NCBI GenBank assembly: GCA_030390025.1
Contig: CM059433.1
Location: 23,190,001 to 23,254,000 of the forward strand
Direction of reading: 5' to 3'
Length of the DNA stretch: 64,000 nucleotides
Source: Squalus acanthias
Lineage: Eukaryota
Each line of letters starts with the position of its first letter. Position 1 is the stretch's first letter. This document shows, one piece after another, positions 12,886 to 26,275 of this stretch. Both the position numbers and the translations under genes were made by a program. Under the pieces are notes generated by a model. That model saw only the letters and a list, made by a program, of their open reading frames with translations. It did not search any database and was not told the DNA's origin.

Positions 12886-14321
12886 CACTGGCAACATTGG
12901 CAAAGGTTTAAACCAGGACAAATTAGAAACCGTTTTAATGTTGACATTACACGCTGTATGAGTTAGTGTCAAGTCAATTATAGCCTATGCAATAGGATTA
13001 CAAAGATACAGACCAATTACTACACAGTGGGAGTCTTGCTAAAACTGGTTCTCTAATGCGTATGTGGTAAAGAGATTTTTTAAATTAGGAATGGGCACTG
13101 CAAAGTATTCTAACAAAATGTTTAATCGCATCTGACCAACTAACTGGAAGCTAGGTGTAAACAAATGTCAACAACAACAGCTTAAGACAGTAACATTCAC
13201 ACAGTGACATTCACACAGTGAATGTCAGTTTTCAGCTGAGTACAATTCAGCTGAAAACTGACTGATAACTTTTTGATGCTGCCATAAAGCAACCTAGGCA
13301 AAAAGCTACCAAGGAGGTCAATGCAATGCAAAGATATAAACAAATAGTTGAGCATAGAAAGACTTCACCTTTGATATCTTCCTTTGGTAATTCAGACAAT
13401 TCCAAATTTCCAAGAAGGTATGTTCCCATTACTAACTAAATTAATGTTACTTTCTTCACCTAGGCCAAACACTCAATCAATCTGGTCTTCAAACAACATT
13501 GTCATTCTTTGTAAAAACAATCTTGAACTCCTAACTACAATTTCAAGGCATTCTCCTATTTGTTTGCATTCAGCCAGCCTCTGGAGAGACTGTTCCCAGC
13601 AGGGAATGAAATTAGAATCAGCCATGTGTTCATGAATAATAAAGAAAAGATGATTATAGGAATGAGCTTTTCTTTGTAAGTAAACAGCATTGTATTTTTC
13701 ATTAAAAATGAGAAATAATTATAAAGAAAATTATGCTACAAATGATTGCACATTTTTGTGTTGGTTGGATGGCTCCCAGAACAGTTTAATAGGACCTGAC
13801 ATGTTGTAATTATTTGTTCAAATCCTACTAAACTGGGACAATAGCAACTAACCAAGTTGGCTAAGGCAGATGTGTACGAAGTTGAGCCAGGCCCAGGGTT
13901 CTGGTCAGTAGTGGGGCGAGTGTCTGGGTTTTCTTCTTATCCAAAATGAACCCAGGCAAAACTGAACATATCGAAGTTACGGTTTCCCCTTTTATAAATA
14001 AACTAAAATTGGTAAGATTGACTTTCTGTGCTGGGTACACTTTAGGTTTTCTACACCTTCACTAAGTTAAACATTCAAATACTAATTGAGCCCATTGTCA
14101 GTTATTTTTCTAGATGATTGATTAGAGTGACTCTGCCACTGATGGCAGCTATTGGTGTCATTGCTGGTGGTGACCTGAGTTGATGACTGTAACAGTAGAA
14201 ACACAATGCCAGGAAGTTTTCAACTTTGCCCTTGATCTCAAGACCAGTTAATGTCTGGACTAATGGGAGGGGTGGGCAGGTCTTCAAGAGGAAGGGTTAG
14301 TAATAATACCAACATACTGTC

Positions 14322-14945
14322 CAACATCATCACCTCCAAGTTCCCCTCCAAGCCACACACCACTCCTGACTTGGACATATGTCACCATTCTTTCATTGTC
14401 ACTGGGTCACAATCCTGGAAATCCTTAGTCAGTGTCAGCTGTGGCTCAGTTGGTAGCACACTTGCCTCTGAGTCAGAAGGTTGTGGGTTCAAGTCCCACT
14501 CCAGGCCCTGTCTGCTTTCTCAGGTGGACGTTAAAGATCCCATGGCACTATTTCGAAGAAGAACAGAGGAGTTATCCCCGGTGTCCTGCCCAATGTTTGT
14601 CCCTTAACCAACATAACAAAAAAGAGATTATCTGGTCATTATCACATTGCTGTTTGTGGGAGCTTGCTGTGTGCAAATTGGCTGCTGTGTTTCCCACATT
14701 ACAACAGTGACTCCACTTCAAAAATACTTCATTGGTTGTAAAGCCCTTTGAGATGTCCGGTGGTCATGAAAGGTGCTCTATAAATGCAAGTTTTTCTTTT
14801 ACCTAACAGGACTGTGGGAGCACCTGCGCCACACAGACTACAACGGTTCAAGAAGGCGGCTCACCACCACCTTTTCAAGGGATGGGTAATAAATGCAGAT
14901 TTTGCCAGCGACGCCACACAAACTGAGAATGAATTAAAAAAATTA
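14322..14945 (+). mobile_element. Zenon/T1-like LINE 3' end interrupted by a SINE
   Basis: 14322-14425 (caagttcccctccaagccacac..atcctggaaatcc) and 14801-14945 (cctaacaggactgtgggag..) are contiguous in the 12405 copy. Confidence 0.8.
14432..14800 (+). mobile_element. SacSINE1-like Deu-domain tRNA SINE with internal deletion
   Basis: A box tggctcagttgg, B box ggttcaagtcc, Deu-like core, L2-type tail aaaggtgctctataaatgcaagt. Confidence 0.9.
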
Positions 14946-15289
14946 TCTTTTATTTCTGAGCTAGTGCTACTGCTGGGAACCAATGTTATCTCCACCTAGT
15001 TAATAGTGTTAGCTCACTGGATTTTTTTACATTGGACATGGCCCAACAGGGCTTAAACCATGCTGTTGCTGCATTAAAAGAATTGAATGAAAGAATACTT
15101 GTCGTGGGTGTTTGATAAGCTGCTGTACACTAGCACTGGTCAAGTAAATTGCTCACTGACTTGGTTAAAATCTATTTGTCAAATATTTTAATATTTTAAT
15201 TTGAACACTGATAATGCAAGAATTTCGTAGACTAGCCAACTGCCAATATCTCCTTTACTAAGTATGGTCACATATCCTGTGGAGACTTA

Positions 15290-15490
15290 TTTCCCACATG
15301 TTCTCCAGTTGAAGCAATGTCCCCTTGTCCTACCTCACAATTTAATTGAAAGTAATATTCCAGACTTACCTTTTCCAAACCATTTATTATCTTATACACT
15401 TCTAGAAAATCATCTCTCAGACGCCTTCATTCCAGGTTGAAAAGCTCAAGTTTCTCCAGTCTTTTTTCGTACTTCAAACCCCAACATTAA
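15290..15490 (-). mobile_element. Old CR1 ORF2 3' fragment
   Basis: Reverse strand reads approximately LEKLELFNLE*RRLRDDFLEVYKIING..RTRGH. Confidence 0.6.
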
Positions 15491-15668
15491 GAGGTGGATT
15501 TCTGCAGGGATTTTGTCGCTTGTCTGCTGTAACTTTGCCAGATAAACCTCATAAACCCTGGTAAAATAGTATAAACCCTGGTAAAATAGCATAAATGGGG
15601 TTTACGCCATTTTTCTGGGGTTTGCGTGGCTCATTCGCCAAAGTTATGGTAGACGTTGGGAGAATCTC
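15491..15668. mobile_element. Palindromic MITE-like element with an internal 20-bp tandem duplication
   Basis: gtctgctgtaactttg / caaagttatggtagac inverted; ataaaccctggtaaaatag occurs twice. Confidence 0.5.
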
Positions 15669-15681
15669 ATTGCTCTTCTCT

Positions 15682-16085
15682 ACAACAACAACTTCTAACT
15701 ATATATGTCTTTAATGTAGAAAAATGACCCAAAGCTCTTCACAGAGGCATAATTTAAAAAAATGGGTGCTGAGGCAAAGAAGGAGATATTAGGAAGGGTG
15801 ACTAAAACCTTGGTGAAAGACGTGGTGGAGGGATTTAAGGGAAAAATTGAAAAAGTGTATGGCCTAGGTAGTTGGATGCACAGCCACCAATAGTGGTGTG
15901 AAGGAAAGGGGATGCATCAAAGGCCAGAATCAGACAGTGTGGTGGTGGTGGGGAGGCATTGGAAGCTTGGAGAAGATTTCAGGGGTATGGAGAGGTGATT
16001 CCATGACGGGATTTAAACAAGATGATGAAAATTGTAAATCTGAGGGACTGGGATACAGTGTCGGTCAGTGAGGACTGCGGTAGAC
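15682..16085 (-). mobile_element. Degenerate L2 LINE 3' end
   Basis: (caa)n tail then homology to 30338-30790. Confidence 0.7.
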
Positions 16086-16620
16086 TCCAGCACTGGAAGA
16101 TCTCTGTCGTGTCTTAGCCACCAAACCTGACACAAGACTCAAGGTGCGGTTTACGCAGAACACTGTACAGTTTGATAGATGACTTCCTCTGACTTATGGC
16201 CAACTGCTTTGGCTATGTAGTTCAACATTCTATCGGCCCTGTTGATTGTTGCTCTGCATTAGTTGGAATGTTGAACTTTAGCCTAAAGAGCCTTCTGGAA
16301 GGACCATCGGAAATTGGTCCACCGGCAATTAAGTGCAATTTTGTACTATAGGTACCACCGGATTGATACCAATCCTTGCTCAAAGTGACCTTGGCCAGTC
16401 AGACCAGAGTTATGCTGCTGGCTATGCATTGCTGGCTGGCCGGCCAGTGAAAACAGAGCTCTGACACAGGTTTTAACTTTGGCCAAAGCGGTGAAACTGT
16501 TGTGGTTTTCCTGCCAGGTGGCCCCCAAAAAGAAAGTTTCGGTCTCGCCTGCTCCTGGCTACCCCCTTCCCTCCTGCGAGACACTCCCAAAACCCTCTCC
16601 CCACGACGTAGCTTGCTGCC

Positions 16621-16845
16621 GCTGACTGGTCCTTCGGTGCTGAGGGAGTGCTGCACTCTCGGAGATGCTATCTATCAGATGAGATGTTAAACTGAGGCAC
16701 CATCTGAGCTCTCGGGTGGATGTAAAAGGTCCCATTGCACTATTCGAAGAAGAACAGGAGTGGTGTCCTGGCCAATATTTATCCCTCAAGCCACATCACC
16801 TAAAAAAACACCAAATTATCTAGTAATTACTTCATTGCTGTTTTC
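16621..16845 (+). mobile_element. SacSINE1-like SINE central fragment
   Basis: gtgctgagggagtgctgcact..gaagaagaacaggagtggtgtcctggccaatatttatccctcaa; joins the CR1 tail at a shared ggagc. Confidence 0.8.
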
Positions 16846-16989
16846 TGGAGCAGGAGTGGGCCATTTGGCCCTTTGAGTCTGCTCCGCCATTCAATAAGAT
16901 CATGGCTGATCTTCTAACTCATCTCCACTTTCCTGCACTATCCCCATATCCCTTGATTCCCTTAATATTCAAAAATCTATCGATCTCTG

Positions 16990-19700
16990 TCTTGAATATA
17001 CTCAACAATTGAGCCTCCACAGCCCTCTGCTGTAGAGAATTCCAAAGACTCACCACTCTCTGAGTGAAGAAATTTCTCCTCATCTCATGTCCTAAATGGC
17101 TGACCCCTTATTCTGAGACTGTGACCCCTGGTTCTAGACTCCCCAGCCAGGGGAAACATCCTCCCTGCATCTACCCTGTCAAGCCCTGTAAGAATTTTGT
17201 ATGTTTCAATGAGATCACCTCTCATTCTTCTAAACTCGAGAGAATACAGGCCTAATCTACTCAATCTCTCCTCATAGGACAATCCCCCTATCCCAGAAAT
17301 CAGTCTGGTGAACCTTTGTTGCACTCCCTCTATGGCAAGTATATCCTTCCTTAGGTAAGGAGACCAAAACTGCACACAATACTTCAGATGTGGTCTATAT
17401 AATTGTAGTAATACATCTTTACTCTTATACTCAAATCCTCTTGTAATAAAGGCCAACATACCATTTGCTTTCTTAATTGCTTGCTGTACCTGCATGTTAA
17501 CTTTCAGTGATTCATGTACAAGGACACCCAGGTCCCTCTGAACACCAACATTTCCCAACCTCTCACCATTTAAAAAATACTCTGCTTTTCTATTTTTCCT
17601 ACCAAAGTGGATAACATCACATTTCTCCACCTTTTGTTCCATTTGCCATGTTCTTGGCCACTCACTTAGCTTGTCTATATCCCCTTGAAGCCTCCTTGCA
17701 TCCTCCTCACAATTTACATTCCCACCCAGCTTTATATCATCAGCAAACTTGGATATATTACATTTGGTCCCCTCATCCAAATCATTGATATAGATTGCGA
17801 ATAGCTGAGGCCCAAGCACTGATCCTTGCGGTACCCCACTAGTTACAGCCTGCCAACCCGAAAATGACCCGTTTATTCCTACTCTCTGTTTTAAGTCCAT
17901 TAACCAATCCTCAATCTGTGCTAGTATATTACCCCCAATCCCACGAGCCCTAATTTCGTTTAATAACCTCTTGTGTGGCACCTTATCAAATACCTTCTGA
18001 AAATCCAAATACACCACATCCACTGGTTCCCCCTTATCTATTCTGCTAGTTACAACCTCAAAAAATTCTAACAGATTTGTCAAACATGATTTCCCTTTCA
18101 TAAATCCATGTCGACTCTGCCCAATCCTATTATTATTTTCTAAGTGCCCTGTTACCACATCCTTAATAATAGATTCTAGTATTTTCCCTACTACAGATGT
18201 CAGGCTAACTGGTCTGTTGTTCCCCATTTTCTCTCTCCCTCCTTTCTTAAATAGTGGGGTTACATTTGCTACCTTCCAATCCGCGGGAACCGTTCTAGAA
18301 TCTATGGAATTTTGGAAAATGACAACCAACACATCCACTATCTCTATAGCCACCTCTTTCAAAACCCTAGGATGTAGGCCATCAGGTCCAGAGGATTTAT
18401 TGGCTCAGTCCCATTAATTTCTCCAGTACTATTTTTTTACTAATACTAATTTCTTTCAGTTCCTCATTCTCACTAAAGCCTTGGTTCTCTACTATTTGTG
18501 GGAAGTTTTTTGCGTCTTCTTCCGTGAAGACAGACACAAAGTATTTGTTTAATTTCTCTGCCATTTCCTTATTTCCCATTATAATTTCTCCTGTCTCAGC
18601 CTGTAAGCCTGTAAGGGACCCAGATTTACTTTCACTAATCTTTTCCTTTTTACATACCTGTAGAAGCTTTTACAGTCTGTTTTTATGTCTCTTGCTAGTT
18701 TACTCTCATTCTATTTTCCCTTTTGTTATCAATTTCTTGGTCCTCCTTTGCTGAATTCTAAAATCCCCCCAATCCTCAGGCTTACTATTCTTTTTGGCAA
18801 CATTATAAGCCTCTTCCTTTGATCTAATACTATCTAACTTCTCTTGTTAGCCACGGTTGGACCACTTTTCCTGTGGGGTTTTTGTGCCTTAAAGGAATGT
18901 ATATTTGTTGTAAATTATGTATTACTTCTTTCAATGCTAGCCATTGCTTTTCTACCGTCATACCTTTTAATGTAGTTTCCCAATCTACCTTAGCCAACTC
19001 GCTCCTTTGTTTAGATTTAAGACCCTAGTTTCGGATTTAACTAAGAATTTTTTATTGAGCTTGAAAGTGACTATCATATTGTGGTCACTCTTCCCTAAAG
19101 TCCCCTTTACTACAAGGTTATTAATTAACCCTTTCTCATTGCACAATACTAGATCTAAAATAACCTGTTCCCTAGTTGGTTCAACATACTGATCTAGAAA
19201 ACTATCTTCCATGAATTTGTCCTCACCACTATTAATGCAAATTTGGTTTGTTCAGTCTATATGTAGATTAAAGTCCCCCATGATTACTGCATTACCCTTG
19301 TTACATGCACCTAATTTCCGGATTTATACTCTGCCCTACATTACAACTACTGTTTGGGGGCCTATAAACAACTCCCACCAATGTTTTCTGACCCTTGCTG
19401 TTTCTTAGCTCCACCCAAACTGATTCTACTTCTTGATTTTCAGAGCTAAGATCCTTTCTCTATACTGTCTTTAATCACATCCTTTATCATCCTTCTTTTC
19501 CATTTTGCCAATCCCTTCTAAAAGTTATGTATCCTGGAATATTTAGTTCCCAACCTTGGCCACTTTACAATCATATCTCCGTAATGGCTATTAGATCAAA
19601 CCTGTTCATTTCTATCTGCGCTATTAATTCATCTATTTTGTTGCGAATGCTTCATGCATTGATATATAGTGCCTTTAGCTTTGACTTATTTCTATTTTTC
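16990..19700 (-). pseudogene. CR1 ORF2 (AP endonuclease + reverse transcriptase), frameshifted; longest open piece 17085-18362
   Basis: RPVSLTSVVGK, DVVYLDFQKVFDKVPH, SGVPQGSVLGP, KFADD; endonuclease ILDLVLCNE and LGKSDHNMI. Confidence 0.93.
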
Positions 19701-19876
19701 CCTGATGTCACCTTAGTCACTGATGCCTTATTACTTTGTTACTCTCTCTGTCCCTTCCTGACCCACTCTGTTTATACTCTGCTCTAGAGCCTTGACATTT
19801 TTCTCGCTGCTTTTAAATTTACTCTTTCCTGAATCCTCCCACCCCCCCCCATCCCCTGCCCCCACCCCTTCCTTCA

Positions 19877-20825
19877 TTAGTTTAAAGCCTTGTCTACTGC
19901 CCTAGTTATCCAGTTTGCCAGGACACTGGTCCCAGCCTGGTTTAAGTGGAGCCCGTCCCAACGGAACAGCTCCCTCTTTCCCCAGTACTGATGCCAGTGC
20001 CCCATGAACTGAAACCCCTTCTCCCACGCCACTCTTTGAGCCACACATGTAAACCTCTAATCTGTTTGTCCCTATGCCAATTTGTGCGTGGCTCAGGTAA
20101 CAATTCAGAGATTATTACCTTTGAGGCTCTGCTTTTTAATTTAGATCCTAGCTCCTCAAACTCCCTCAGCAGAACCTGATTCCTAGTTCTGCCTATGTCA
20201 TTGGTTCCTACGTGGACCACGACAACTGGATCCTCCCCCTCCCAATCCAAGTTCTTCTCCAGCTGTGAGGAGATGTCTTTAACCTTGGCAGGCAACACAA
20301 CCTTCAGCGCTCTCGGTCGCGGCTGCAGAGAACAGTATCTATCCCCCTGACTATACTGTCCCCTACCACAACTACATTCCCTTTCATCCCCCCACTTGAA
20401 TGGCCTCCTGCACCATGGTGCCATGGTCAGCTTGCTCATCCATCCTGCAGGCTTTTCCCTCATCCACACAGGCAGCAAGAACCTCATACCTGTTGGACAA
20501 GGGCAAAGGCGGAGGCTCCTCCAGCACTGCACCCGGGGTCCCCTTACCTGCCTGAGTTGCAGTCACACTCTCCTGTCCCTGACCACTAACCAGACCTGTA
20601 CCACTACTTAACCTAAGGGATGTGACTGCCTCCTGGATCAAAGTGTCCAGGTAAGTCTCCCCATCCCTGATGCCCCACAATGTCTGCACCTCAGACTCCA
20701 GCTCAAAAACTCAGCTGAAGTTCCTCAAGATGCAGGCACTTACTGCAAACGTGGTTGTCCGGGATCACAATGCTCTCCACAAACTCCCATATGCTGCAGT
20801 TGCGGCACACCACCTGCACTGCCAT
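19877..20825 (-). pseudogene. CR1 ORF1 (N-terminal CX2C-CX2C zinc finger + SGNH/GDSL esterase), disrupted
   Basis: MAVQVVCRNCSIWE..HVCSKCL from 20825; PLSNRYEVL; VVVVHVGTNDIG (SGNH block III); ends ALN* at 19877. Confidence 0.85.
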
Positions 20826-21667
20826 CCCTATATGACCTTGTTTTATTTAATTAAATTTAGTTAAATTTGTAATTAGGTAACTCAGTTTACAGTGTAGTTT
20901 CTTGACTACTTACTTGATCTAGATTAAGTTAAGGGTGCTGAAATTAAATGTCTACCTGTAACACAAAGCAACTACAAGTATTATAGACAAAAAGCAACAA
21001 CTCCTTCCCCCTCTTCTCCAAATTCCTAAATAAAACACTCGATTCAGGTCCACTCCATTTAATCCTGCTCTGTGCAGATCGCTCTGTGCTCTGCAAAAAT
21101 GTTTACTTTTATACACTTGGAGCCTCACCCAATTTGTAATAGTTTACTCAGCTCCCCTGCTCCTGGTGATTAGTGCCTATTCAAGACAAACACTTCCAGC
21201 TGACTGACAGTTAACTTCCACTGGCAGGCATCTTCTGTTAACTACAGTTTTTAAACTACTAGGTTAAAATCAAAATCTTAAACTAAATTTCACTTTTTAC
21301 AGCTTCTACTTACCCAATACTTACCAGAAATTCCCACTCTTTCCAAATTCCCAAATAAAACACCCTGTTCAAGTCCACTCCGTTTAATCCCGCTCTGTGC
21401 AGACCGTTTCAGGCGGGAAGCTAGCAGGCGACATGCAGGTCAGGCTCGGGAGTTAAAGTAACCCAGGGCTATAATGTTAACAAAGACTCTTTCACCAGCT
21501 CTCTGCTAACACCATGAAATAAAACATTGGATGGCGTTGGCCTGGTTTTCCATCCCATTTCCCTCTTGTCTGCTCCTCCCGCTACTGCATCCGAGATCAC
21601 CTGGTGCAAGGTGGCGGTAGGATCCAGGCAGCGGTGGTAATGAATGCGATGTCCACAAATGGAGAGA

Positions 21668-22126
21668 GAAAGAAAGAAAGACTTGCATTTTTATAGCGCC
21701 TTTCAAAACCACCAGACATCTCAAAGCGCTTTACAGCCAATGAAGTACTATTTGAAGTGTAGTCACTGTTGTAATGTGGGAAACGTGGCAGCCAATTTGC
21801 ACACAGCAAGCTCCCACAAACAGCAATGTGAAAATGACCAGATAATCTGTTTTTGTTATGTTGGTTGAGGGAAAAATATTGACACTGGGGAGAACTCCCC
21901 TGCTCTTCTTCAAAATAGTGCCATGGGATCTTTTACGTCCACCTGAGAGAGCAGACGGGGCCTCGGTTTAACGTCTCATCCAAAAGATGGCATCTCTGGT
22001 GGTGCAGCACTCCCTCAGTACTGCACTGGAGTGTCAGCCTAGCTTTATGTGCGCAAGCCCCTGGAGTGGGACTTGAACCCACAACCTTCAGAGGTGAGTG
22101 TGCTACCAACTGAGCCACAGCTGACA
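21668..22126 (-). mobile_element. Full-length SacSINE1-like Deu-domain SINE
   Basis: tRNA-like head (rc of gtgctaccaactgagccacagctgaca), Deu-like core, L2-type tail with (cttt)n. Confidence 0.92.
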
Positions 22127-23029
22127 TGGAGAGAGAGAGAGGGCTTAATAGCAGCTTCCTTTCCCTCCATTGCCTCCAGCACCTACCTTTGTAGGCCTTG
22201 GCCTCTGCTGATGACCACAAATGCTGCAATCCTTCCTTCTCCAGAGCTCTTCACTGCTTCTTCTGGTCCCTCAGGCTCCTCTTGAGCCCTGACAGGCTCC
22301 CTCTTGGCAGAGGGAATCCCGTCAAGAACCTGCTGGACATGGTCAATGACCTCTGACCTAGGAAAGTGTTGGGGCATGGCAGAGACAGAGGGGAAATCAG
22401 AGGTCCTGCCCCGGTGCTACCCCCACCCTATTTAGGGAAATCCACCCTCAGTTATCTCCCACAATGTGATTGTTATATATGTGTTTCACTGTATATAAAA
22501 CACTTTCTTTGTCTTTAATAGAATAATTGATGCAATAATGAAAATCTTTCTTGCTTTCAGACCAAATGTCGAGACAAAACTATCTGCTTCTGTATTGAAC
22601 AATCTCTTTAAAACATGCCTAATAAATCCACAGAGATAACTACAATAAGCTAAAAAATAATAGTGTTATCTTTTATCTTACACTGTCACTCAATCCAATT
22701 GAACAACATTCAACCATTACCTGTATTTTTCTTGTTCTATAATGAGCTCCTATCTTTCTGCCAAGCTGAGAAGGAGAGAATTTTCCTCATTTACAGACTC
22801 TAAAGATTATATTAACATTCTCCTAACCTCACCAAATTGAATAAACCTTTTCTGCTCTGCAGTATTACCGAGCTGATGTACTGCAGTGCACTTCTCACAA
22901 CCTAATTAGATAGCCCTTAGCATTAATAGGCTGCTATAAAATAAGAGTCTTGTTACAGATATGTGCTATAAACCTAAATCTGTTCGGTTATAATTGGCAA
23001 TGGGAACAACAAACTATGTAAAACCCTTT

Positions 23030-23923
23030 GGGGTAAAAATTCACTTGGTTGCGCCACCCGTTAGCGTCTTAAGAGGGCGCTAATGGGGCGCAAAGCCGCT
23101 AACGCCCGGGCGCAGCGATGTTTGCGCCGCTCGAGAACTTAACTTGAGATTGTGCGGCGGCGCTAAAACTTACCGCTGCGACCACCTGCGCGCGCAGATT
23201 GTGACGTCATTCCATGGTGCAACGCCCTTGGGGCGCCCCGTAGCGGAAATTGAGTGGCGCCCCCTGCCTTACCGCCTGGCGCTTCCAACGACCAGAAGAC
23301 TGGAACACTATCAATCGCTGTGGGGCTGGGGGGGGGCGCTATTTAAAGGGGGCCTCTTCCTGTCTTTTATTGTTGGTGGCATTTTTGAACTACGCATTCT
23401 GAGAGAGAGAGGGAGAGACTTCTGGAGAGATTCAACGTTGTGGGAAGGAGTTTTGGGTACTGAGCAGCACTTTGCAGGTTCATTTTGATTTGCCATTCCT
23501 TGTATCGATTTAGCAGAGACCGTGGGAGCTGCACTCTGAGCTCTTTGCCTGGTGCTCTCCATTGTTCTTTCCAGCACATTTGATGTGCAAGTCTCTCCAG
23601 GCCGAGATTCAAGGCAGCAATGAACAGGATGTGAATGGAAAGCAAGATTAACCATCCCCTTTAAGAACTGGCCCGTGCCATTGTGTGTGTGTTCCATTGC
23701 TGACTGACATTACATGAGCTTCGCCAGCGCTCCGAGTTAGCGCCTCACTGCTCGGCCTTTGCGCCTTAAGAGAGGTGTGCAGCGCCTGCTTTAGCACTCC
23801 ACTCACCTCCCGGGGCGGTAAAAGTGAAGTTTCCCGTCAGTGCCGATAATTAGCGCCAGGCGCTAATATTTGCGTCTGGACGATATTTGCGCCCCAAATG
23901 GGGCGCGACCTAATTTCTACCCC
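23030..23923. mobile_element. Harbinger internal-deletion derivative (MITE)
   Basis: TIR ggggtaaaaatt / aatttctacccc, ttt on both flanks; right part homologous to 61091-61480. Confidence 0.85.
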
Positions 23924-24008
23924 TTTGTACCTAGAAGCTGAGGGTCCCTGAAAGCATTTTGGTCATGTGCCCAGATATCAGGGCCAAGAGTATGTACTTC
24001 TACATTAA

Positions 24009-24437
24009 AAAGAAAGATAGGTTTGCGTTTCAGAGCCTCAGGACGTCCCAAAGCGCTTTTGAAGTGTAGTCACTGTTGTAATGTAGGAAACGCAGCAGCC
24101 AAATTGCACACAGCAAGGTCCCACAGACAGCAATGATGTAATGATTAGATAATTTGGTTTTTTTTTTAGGTGATGTGGTTTGAGGGATAAATGGCCAGGA
24201 CACCACTCCTGCTCTTCTTCGAATAGTGCAATGGGATCTTTTACATCTACCCGAGGGGGCAGACGGGGCCTCAGTTTAACATCTCATCTGATAGATAGCA
24301 TCTCCGAGAGTGCAGCTCTCCCTCAGTATTGAAAGTGTCAGCCTAGATTTTGTGCTTCAAGTCTCTGGAGTCGGACTTGAACCCACAACCTTCTGACTCA
24401 GAGGCAAGAGTACTACCAACTGAGCCACGGCTGACAG
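24009..24437 (-). mobile_element. SacSINE1-like Deu-domain SINE
   Basis: Same organisation as 21668-22126. Confidence 0.9.
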
Positions 24438-25780
24438 CTTTACTTCTTTTGTCCGCATCTTTCAGAATCCACTGAGGTGATAATGAAAGCAAAAAAAAGT
24501 CTAATTAACTGCTATTTTATTGTTTGATAGCAGTCCATCCAATTATGGGATATTCTAGCATTGCCTGGATTCAGTAATGAGATTAAGTTTTCTCTGGCAA
24601 ACAGAGAAGAGCTTTTTCTTTTCTCCATTTCCAAGCTCTAAAGCTTGTGTGAACCTTTGTAATTAGGTAGGTGTTAGGAGACTCCCATAGACTTGAATAT
24701 GGTACACTGTACTGTATGCAGTCGGATAACTGTGTAACTCTTTTGTATTTCTGAAAAGCATGTAGTTCTTGCAGAATTGAAATATGCAAAGTTTTGCCCT
24801 TCAGCTAAGAATATTTATGAAATCCTGCTGTCTAAATAGAAACAAAACTAAAAGGATTCTTTAAAAATGGGCAACAAATTAATTTGAAAAAGTGTTACAA
24901 AAATCACTTTTTTACAGCAATACAACAAAAATAAATGATCATTTTCAAATAAGTGGACTTTGTATTTACCTCACAAAATAGTTGCTTTTTAATATTATTG
25001 ATACTCTCTTGTATTACTGGCAGTATAGCTTGTCACAGCAACAAACAGGCACTGATGTACATAATCACAGAAGGATATCAATCATTTTCCTATTCCAAAG
25101 TCATACCATAAAACTCTGTCCATTTTCTGTGTGAACGGTCATTCTGTAGCTGACTGCAACATTTCAAAGCTGTTTCTATGTTTGATGAGACAGAGGGACA
25201 TCCCTTTATGTTCTGGACCTTTATGAAGATCATAGAATCATAGAATAGTACAGCACAGAAGGAGGCCATTCAGCCCATCGAGTCTGCGCCGGCTCTTTCG
25301 AAGTGCAATCCAGTTAGTCCCACTCCACTACTCTTTCCCCATATTCCTGCAATTTTTTCTCCTTCAAGTATTTATCCAATTCCCTTTTGAAGGATACCGT
25401 TGAATCTGTATCCACCACACTATCAGGCAGTGCATTCCAAATCCTAACCACTCGTTGCGTAAAAAAGTTTTTCCTCATGTCGCCTCTGGTTCTTTTGCCA
25501 ATCACCTTAAATCTGTGACCTCTCGTTATTGACTCCTCAGCCACTGGAAACGGTTTCTCTTTATTTACCCTATCTAAACCCTTCATGATTTCAAACACCT
25601 CTATCAAATCTCCTCTTAGCCTTCTCTGCTCCAAGGAGAACAACCCCAGCTTCTCTAGTCTATCCACATCCTCATCCCTGGAACCATTCTAGTAAACCTC
25701 TTCGGTACCGTCTCCAAAGCCTTCATGTCCTTCCTAAAGTGTGGTGCCCAGAATTGGACACAATACTCCAGCTGGGGACA

Positions 25781-26219
25781 TAGAAACATAGAAACATAGA
25801 ATCTAGGAGCAGGAGTAGGCCATTCGGCCCGTCGAGCCTGCTCCGCCATTCAATACGATCATGGCTGATCATCCAAATCCAGTACCCTGTCCCTGCTTTA
25901 ATCCCCACAGTACACATATCTCACCCTACCCCCGTAACCCCACGTATTTAATTCCCCCTAACATATCCCATCCTATCCCCATAACCCCACATATTTAATC
26001 CCCCCCTAACACTAAGGGTCAATTTATCATAGCCAAATCAACCTAACCCACACATTTTTGGACTGTGGGAGGAAACCGGAGCACCCGGAGGAAACCCACG
26101 CAGACACGGGGAGAATGTGCAAACTCCACACAGACAGTCACCCGAGGTCAGATTCGAACCCGGGTCTCTGGCGCTGTGAGGCACCAGTGCTAACCACTAT
26201 GCCACCGTGTTGCCCATTA
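25781..26219 (-). mobile_element. HE1-type V-SINE
   Basis: tRNA head (tggcatagtgg, ggttcgaatc), V domain tgtgtggagtttgcacattctccccgtgtctgcgtgggtttcctcc, CR1 tail (tttctatg)n; ggaca duplicated at 25776-25780 / 26220-26224. Confidence 0.92.
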
Positions 26220-26275
26220 GGACAAACTAGTGTTTTGTACAGGTTTAGCATAACTTTCTGGCTTTTGTACTCTAT

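Larger units (their letters stand above)
16845..21408 (-). mobile_element. Near full-length CR1 LINE (5' UTR, ORF1, ORF2, 3' tail), inactivated
   Basis: Continuous homology from the tail at 16845 through RT, endonuclease and ORF1 to a duplicated 5' motif at 21008-21082 / 21333-21408. Confidence 0.92.

Noticed and set aside
13270..13417. Open stretch ending in aag|gtatgt, a possible exon
   Set aside because: No convincing acceptor, in-frame stops just upstream, and no recognisable protein
14432..14503. tRNA-like sequences here and near 22060-22126, 24365-24437, 26145-26215 and 28535-28604
   Set aside because: SINE heads continuous with SINE bodies, not complete tRNA genes
17085..18362. 425-aa ORF as a functional reverse transcriptase gene
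   Set aside because: It is a fragment of CR1 ORF2 bounded by frameshifts, with disrupted endonuclease and ORF1
22130..22440. GC-richer segment with short ORFs, possibly an exon or transposon remnant
   Set aside because: No consistent frame or motif that I could assign
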